64,000 nt of DNA from a virus: positions 1 to 64,000 of IMG/VR virus record IMGVR_UViG_3300042294_004161. One strand, given 5' to 3'. Of the stretch, positions 58,880 to 64,000 are shown in pieces. The position numbers and the translations under genes are program-made. The notes under the pieces are model-generated. The model saw only the letters and a program-made list of their open reading frames with translations. It did no database searches and was not told the origin of the DNA. Each line of letters begins with the position of its first letter. Position 1 is the stretch's first letter.

Positions 58880-59713
58880 ATGGATTTAAACGAAATGAAA
58901 AACCGACTGGCATCTATCCAGTCAAAATCAACAGGGAAAGGTGGTAACAACCAAAAATCAGTTTTTTGGAAACCATCTGTAGGTAAACAAGTTATCCGAG
59001 TTGTACCTAATAAGTACAATAAGAAAAACCCATTTACAGAATTGTATTTTCACTATGGTATTGGAAAAAACACTATGGTGTCTCCATCAAATTGGGGAGA
59101 AAAAGACCCGATCATCGAGTTTGCAAAACAACTACGGGGTACTAGTGACAAAGAAAATTGGAGATTAGCTAAGAAGCTTGATCCTAAAATGAGGGTTTTT
59201 GTACCTATTATTGTACGAGGTGAAGAAAGTGAAGGAGTACGTTTGTGGCAGTTTGGTAAAGAACTTTATATGGATTTTCTTAATCTAGCTGATAATGAAG
59301 ATGTAGGTGACTTTACAGATGTTCATGAAGGTAGAGATATTACATTAACTACTGTAGGACCAGAAGTAACAGGAACAAGTTACAACAAAACAACAATCAT
59401 GCCTAAAGTTAAAATTACAGCTTTAGCAGATGATAAGAAAACTATTGAAGCATTGCTTGAAAATCAACCAAATCCTAAAGAAGTATTTAAGAAATACTCA
59501 TATGAGGAAATGAAGCAATCTTTACAAGAATGGTTAGCTCCTGAAGAAGATGAAAGTGATACTCCAGTTGAAGAAGATGAAACCCCAGTTACCAAACAAT
59601 CTACAGGTACTGAGTATGCTCTAAAAACACCTGCAGCAAAAGTAAGCAAAGCAGAAAAATTTGATGCTTTGTTTGATGATGAAGAGGCTGGGGACCTTCC
59701 TTGGGAAAAATAA
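58880..59713 (+). CDS. Single-stranded DNA-binding protein (T4 gp32-like)
   Basis: FWKPSVG..IRVVP, DPIIE, LWQFGK, DFTDVHEGRDI, acidic tail ending DLPW. Confidence 0.8.
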   Translation: MDLNEMKNRLASIQSKSTGKGGNNQKSVFWKPSVGKQVIRVVPNKYNKKNPFTELYFHYGIGKNTMVSPSNWGEKDPIIEFAKQLRGTSDKENWRLAKKLDPKMRVFVPIIVRGEESEGVRLWQFGKELYMDFLNLADNEDVGDFTDVHEGRDITLTTVGPEVTGTSYNKTTIMPKVKITALADDKKTIEALLENQPNPKEVFKKYSYEEMKQSLQEWLAPEEDESDTPVEEDETPVTKQSTGTEYALKTPAAKVSKAEKFDALFDDEEAGDLPWEK

Positions 59714-59727
59714 AATTAATTTAATTT

Positions 59728-60837
59728 ATGGCAAGATCTAAAAAAAGTGAAACACTTATGGCTGCCTTCTCCTCAGAGCTTAAATCTAAATTTGATTTAG
59801 AAAAGTTTAAAGAGAAAAAGTTATTAAGTGCTAATTCTAAATTCAAATCACAGAAATGGATCCCATTTTCACCTGCTATCCAAGAGGCACTCTCGATTCC
59901 GGGAGTGCCAATGGGTCATATCACAATATCAAGGGGTGGATCTGATACAGGTAAAACCACATTATTAATTGAAACTGCTGTAGCAGCTCAAAAAATGAAC
60001 ATTTTACCAGTTTTTATTATTACTGAACAGAAATGGGATTTCTCTCATGCTCAAAAAATGGGTTTAGAATTACAAGAAATCCCAGATGAAGAGACTGGAG
60101 AAATTATGGATTATAAAGGTTTCTTTCTATATGTAGATAGATCATCTTTAAATTCTATTGAAGACGTTTCTGGTTTTATTGCTGATATATTGGATGAACA
60201 GAAAAAAGGTAATTTACCATATGATTTATTATTTTTATGGGATTCATCAGGTTCAATTCCATGTAGAATGAGTATTGAACAAAACAATAACAATCCAATG
60301 TGGAATGCAGGAGCAATGGCTGCTCAATTTGGTAATTTTATCAACCAAAAATTCCCATTATCTCGTAAAGAAAGTTCACCATATACAAATACATTTTTTG
60401 TTATTAATAAAACAGGTGTTCAACCAGCATTAGTTCCAATGGCACAACCCAGAATGACTAATAAAGGAGGTAATGCAATGTATTGGGATGCTACAATTGT
60501 TATCACATTTGGTAATATTACTAATAGTGGTACCTCAAAAATTAGTGTTCAACATACTGGTAAAAAAGTTGAATTTGCAAAACGTACTAAGATTGCAATT
60601 GATAAAATTCATGCTGATTATGGAATTGCTACTACATCAACAGTTATTGTAACACCACATGGATTCATTGATGACACAAAAGAAGCTATAAAAGAATATA
60701 AAGCTAAACATGCTCATGAATGGTTTAATGATCAAGTGAATGTTACTGAATTAGCACTTATTGAAGACAACTCAGAATGGGAAGAAAGTAGTAGAATATC
60801 TCCTACAATGTCTGTAGATGAGGATGAAACAAATTAA
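59728..60837 (+). CDS. RecA/UvsX-like recombinase
   Basis: GVPMGHIT..GGSDTGKTT Walker A, FIITE, FLWDS, KGGNAM. Confidence 0.8.
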   Translation: MARSKKSETLMAAFSSELKSKFDLEKFKEKKLLSANSKFKSQKWIPFSPAIQEALSIPGVPMGHITISRGGSDTGKTTLLIETAVAAQKMNILPVFIITEQKWDFSHAQKMGLELQEIPDEETGEIMDYKGFFLYVDRSSLNSIEDVSGFIADILDEQKKGNLPYDLLFLWDSSGSIPCRMSIEQNNNNPMWNAGAMAAQFGNFINQKFPLSRKESSPYTNTFFVINKTGVQPALVPMAQPRMTNKGGNAMYWDATIVITFGNITNSGTSKISVQHTGKKVEFAKRTKIAIDKIHADYGIATTSTVIVTPHGFIDDTKEAIKEYKAKHAHEWFNDQVNVTELALIEDNSEWEESSRISPTMSVDEDETN

Positions 60838-60844
60838 TTAAATT

Positions 60845-61882
60845 ATGAACAAAAAAGACCTACTTAAACTTCTCAACAATGTTGTTGAGAATGAGGAGCC
60901 AGTATCTGTAAATCGTTATGACAGAGTGCTTTTAATAGATGGATTAAATTTATTCTTTAGGAATTTTGCAATGATGAATATTGTTAATTCTCAAGGGGCG
61001 CATGTTGGGGGTTTAGGTGGTTTTATTAGGTCATTAGGAACTTTAATAAATCAAATCCAACCTACATCTATGTTTGTTATATTTGATGGGATGGGTTCTT
61101 CCACCAACAGGAAGAACCTACTCCCAGAATATAAATCAGGTCGTAATGTTAATAGAATTACTAATTGGGATGTATTTGAAAATTTAGAAGAAGAAGATGA
61201 TGCTAAAATATCTCAAATAGTAAGGTTAGCTCATTATCTAAAATGTCTTCCTGTTAAAACAATAGCAATAGACAAATCTGAAGCAGATGATATTATAGCA
61301 TATTATAGTCAATTATTACCTGAAAAATATAATTCTAAAGTATTTATAGTATCTAGTGATAAAGATTTTATTCAATTGGTAAATAAAGATGTTACTGTTT
61401 ATCGACCAACTGAAAGAGAATATTATACTCCAGAAATAGTTAAACAAAAGTTTGGAGTTCCACCTGAGAATTTTATCTTATATAAAATGTTATTAGGTGA
61501 TAATTCAGATAAAGTTCCGGGTGTTAAAGGATTAGGAGATAAAGGATTACTTAAAAGATTTCCTGAATTGACTGAAGAAATATTAACTAAAGATGATATA
61601 TTTGATATAGCAAAAGAAAAATATAAAGAACATGTTATCTACTCTCGAATAGCATTTGAACAAACCCGATTAGAACAAAATTTTAAAATAATGAATCTAA
61701 GTAATCCGTTATTAGATGATGAAGATAAATTACTTTTAGAAGAATTTGCAGAAGGTAAAAACCCAATTTTGAATCGTGAAGATTTTTTACGATTTTACAA
61801 TGATGATGGTTTAGGTCATCTAATTAAAAATGTTGATTTTTGGATCAGCGACACTTTTAAAGTATTAAATAGTTTTAAATAA
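60845..61882 (+). CDS. 5'-3' exonuclease / flap endonuclease (T4 RNase H, Pol I N-terminal type)
   Basis: LIDGLN, FDG, YKSGR, EADDIIA, SSDKDFIQL, GDNSDKVPGVKGLG. Confidence 0.93.
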   Translation: MNKKDLLKLLNNVVENEEPVSVNRYDRVLLIDGLNLFFRNFAMMNIVNSQGAHVGGLGGFIRSLGTLINQIQPTSMFVIFDGMGSSTNRKNLLPEYKSGRNVNRITNWDVFENLEEEDDAKISQIVRLAHYLKCLPVKTIAIDKSEADDIIAYYSQLLPEKYNSKVFIVSSDKDFIQLVNKDVTVYRPTEREYYTPEIVKQKFGVPPENFILYKMLLGDNSDKVPGVKGLGDKGLLKRFPELTEEILTKDDIFDIAKEKYKEHVIYSRIAFEQTRLEQNFKIMNLSNPLLDDEDKLLLEEFAEGKNPILNREDFLRFYNDDGLGHLIKNVDFWISDTFKVLNSFK

Positions 61883-61896
61883 AAAGTTATAAATAA

Positions 61897-63276
61897 ATGA
61901 CATTAAGTTCACTAAATTCATATGGCTCATCTTTTCAGGTCAAAGTATTATCTGCTTTATTAACCCGTAAAGAATTCCTTTTAAACATACATGATGTCTT
62001 AAATGAAGAATATTTTGAAAATTCAGCTCATCGTTGGATAATTAAAGAAATATTGAAATATTATCAAAAATATCATACTACACCTTCATTAGAAACATTA
62101 AAAATTGAATTAAAGAAAATTGATAATGAAGTACTACAAATTTCAGTTAAAGAACAACTTCGGGAAGCTTATAAATCATCAGATGAAGATTTAAAGTATG
62201 TTGAAGAAGAATTTGCTAATTTTTGTAAGAACCAACAGTTGAAAGCAGCGCTTTTAAACAGCGTCCAATTCTTAAACGCCGGAGATTATGACTCTATAAG
62301 GTCATTGATTAATAACGCGTTAAAGGCAGGACAAGACAAAAATATTGGCCACGAGTATAATAAAGATGTTGAATCAAGATATCGTGAAGACCATAGAGTA
62401 GTAGTACCTACACCTTGGGATTTATTTAATGAATTCCTTCAAGGTGGATTAGGTAATGGAGACTTTGGTTTAATATTTGGTAATCCTGGAGGTGGCAAAT
62501 CATGGGCTTTAATAGCATTAGGTGGTTATGCTGTTAAAATGGGGTACAATGTTGTTCATTACACATTAGAGTTAGGTGAGGATTATGTAGGAAGACGATA
62601 TGATGCCTTTTTTACTAATATACCTGTTGATAAAATAACAGACAAAAATAATAGGGCATCTGTAGAAGATACCGTTACAAATCTTTCAGGACAATTAATT
62701 ATTAAAGAATATTCACCAGGAAGAGCATCTATATCAACAATTGAAGCCCACATTAAAAAATGTATAGACCAACAAGATTTTCAACCTGACTTAGTACTTA
62801 TAGATTACGTTGATCTTCTTCGTTCTAAAAAAACAAACAGAGAACGAAAAGATGAAATTGATGATATTTATATAAGCACTAAAGCACTTGCTCGTGAATT
62901 AAATATTCCGATATGGTCTGTATCACAAGTAAATAGAACAGGTGCAAAAGACAATATTATTGAAGGTACATCTGCAGCTGGATCATATGATAAAATGATG
63001 ATTACAGATGTAGCTATGTCTCTTTCACGTAAAAGACAAGACAAAGTAAATAATACTGGAAGATTTCATATTATGAAAAACAGGTATGGTATGGATGGAA
63101 TGACGTATAATGCAAATGTTAACACATCAACTGGACATTTTGAGATTTTAGGTGAATTTGATGAGAATGATGAGGATGAAACACCAAAACCATCAAAACC
63201 ACAAAAATTTGATACTGTGGATTATATGGATAAAAAAGAACTAAAAAATAAATTTTTTGAATTAAATGGAAACTAA
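61897..63276 (+). CDS. Replicative DNA helicase (DnaB / T4 gp41-like)
   Basis: GNPGGGKS, YTLEL, IIKEY, LIDYVDLL, SQVNR, KNRYG. Confidence 0.92.
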   Translation: MTLSSLNSYGSSFQVKVLSALLTRKEFLLNIHDVLNEEYFENSAHRWIIKEILKYYQKYHTTPSLETLKIELKKIDNEVLQISVKEQLREAYKSSDEDLKYVEEEFANFCKNQQLKAALLNSVQFLNAGDYDSIRSLINNALKAGQDKNIGHEYNKDVESRYREDHRVVVPTPWDLFNEFLQGGLGNGDFGLIFGNPGGGKSWALIALGGYAVKMGYNVVHYTLELGEDYVGRRYDAFFTNIPVDKITDKNNRASVEDTVTNLSGQLIIKEYSPGRASISTIEAHIKKCIDQQDFQPDLVLIDYVDLLRSKKTNRERKDEIDDIYISTKALARELNIPIWSVSQVNRTGAKDNIIEGTSAAGSYDKMMITDVAMSLSRKRQDKVNNTGRFHIMKNRYGMDGMTYNANVNTSTGHFEILGEFDENDEDETPKPSKPQKFDTVDYMDKKELKNKFFELNGN

Positions 63277-64000
63277 AAACATATTATCACCTCGAAATTA
63301 TTATAAGCCGTTTGAATATGAACAGGCTTTTAAATTCTTTAAAGACCAACATCGCAGTCACTGGCTAGCAGATGAAGTGCCTCTATCCTCAGATGTTAAT
63401 GATTGGAAACTTAAATTAACAGAAACTGAAAAAAGTTTATTAGGAAATATCTTAAAAAGCTTTACTCAAACAGAAGTTCATGTTAATGATTACTGGTCCA
63501 CTAAAGTATCAGCTTGGTTTCCAAAACCTGAAGTACAAGCTATGGCTCGTGTATTTGCTGATTTTGAAAGTATTCATGCTGAAGCATATGCAAGACTAAA
63601 TGAAGAACTAGGTTTAGATGATTTTAAAGCATTTCTTGAAGATGAAGAAGCAAAAGCTAAAATTGATAGATTAGTAGAACTACCAGGTGATACATTAGAA
63701 GAAAAAGCACTGTCATTAGCTATATTTTCAGCGTTCACAGAAGGAGTAAATTTATTTAGTTCATTTGCAGTATTAATGTCTTTTCAATTAAGAAACTTAA
63801 TGAAAGGTACTGGACAAATTGTAGCATGGAGTGTACGAGATGAATCTTTACACTCTCAAGCAGGATGTTGGTTATACAGAACATTAATTGAGGAAAATCC
63901 AGAATTAAAAAATGATACAATGTTAAATAATCTCCAAAAAGCATGCGATTTATCTGTAAAATTAGAATTTGATTTTATTGACAAGGCTTTTGAAATGGGA
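63266..64000 (+). CDS. nrdB: Ribonucleotide reductase class I beta subunit (3'-truncated; absent from ORF track)
   Basis: Manual translation from ATG 63266: YKPFEY...HWLADEVPLSSDVNDW, FTQTE, ESIHAEAY, FTEGVNLFSSF, RDESLH. Confidence 0.93.
   Translation, partial: METKNILSPRNYYKPFEYEQAFKFFKDQHRSHWLADEVPLSSDVNDWKLKLTETEKSLLGNILKSFTQTEVHVNDYWSTKVSAWFPKPEVQAMARVFADFESIHAEAYARLNEELGLDDFKAFLEDEEAKAKIDRLVELPGDTLEEKALSLAIFSAFTEGVNLFSSFAVLMSFQLRNLMKGTGQIVAWSVRDESLHSQAGCWLYRTLIEENPELKNDTMLNNLQKACDLSVKLEFDFIDKAFEMG

Noticed and set aside
63756-63944. Minus-strand 62-aa ORF
   Set aside because: Antisense to the RNR beta gene, which the ORF track missed because it runs off the window
1-64000. Stop-codon reassignment
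   Set aside because: Core genes are full length under the standard code, and both TGA and TAG terminate genes at sensible boundaries
1-64000. tRNA, rRNA, integrase, transposase or introns/inteins
   Set aside because: No cloverleaf or catalytic signature recognised by eye, and core genes look uninterrupted; a tRNAscan/Infernal run would be needed to exclude short RNAs

Overview
A 64-kb, AT-rich, gene-dense segment of a large T4-like contractile-tailed phage (myovirus), with essentially all genes on the + strand and the standard genetic code. A Bacteroidetes-type host is inferred from A-rich translation starts without Shine-Dalgarno sequences and from gene content; this is not proven. Gene order: accessory enzymes (1-4 kb); head module (terminase, portal, core proteins, prohead protease, scaffold, major capsid); an inserted HNH gene; phoH; neck and tail-completion genes; a ~19-kb island (21.3-40.5 kb) of two giant proline-free Gly-X-Ser/Thr/Asn repeat fibre proteins interleaved with a sulfotransferase, APS kinase, a small HxGH nucleotidyltransferase, a DUF2061-like gene, four glycosyltransferases (one TibC/Aah-type) and an FkbM methyltransferase; tail module (sheath, tube, chaperone, tape measure, baseplate); a repeat-bounded cassette of small genes sharing a ~20-aa N-terminal leader; and a replication module (small family A polymerase, gp32-like SSB, RecA/UvsX, 5'-3' exonuclease, helicase, truncated RNR beta). 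Best candidates for new biology: (1) a phage-encoded fibre/virion glycosylation-plus-sulfation system; (2) a modular capsid-targeting leader plus variable cargo system with its own direct repeats; (3) a +1/-2 programmed frameshift in the tail chaperone missed by the ORF track; (4) two promoter-like motif classes, one with its -35 inside hairpins and one that is the reverse complement of the T4 late promoter. All protein calls come from motif recognition by eye; no database searches were run.
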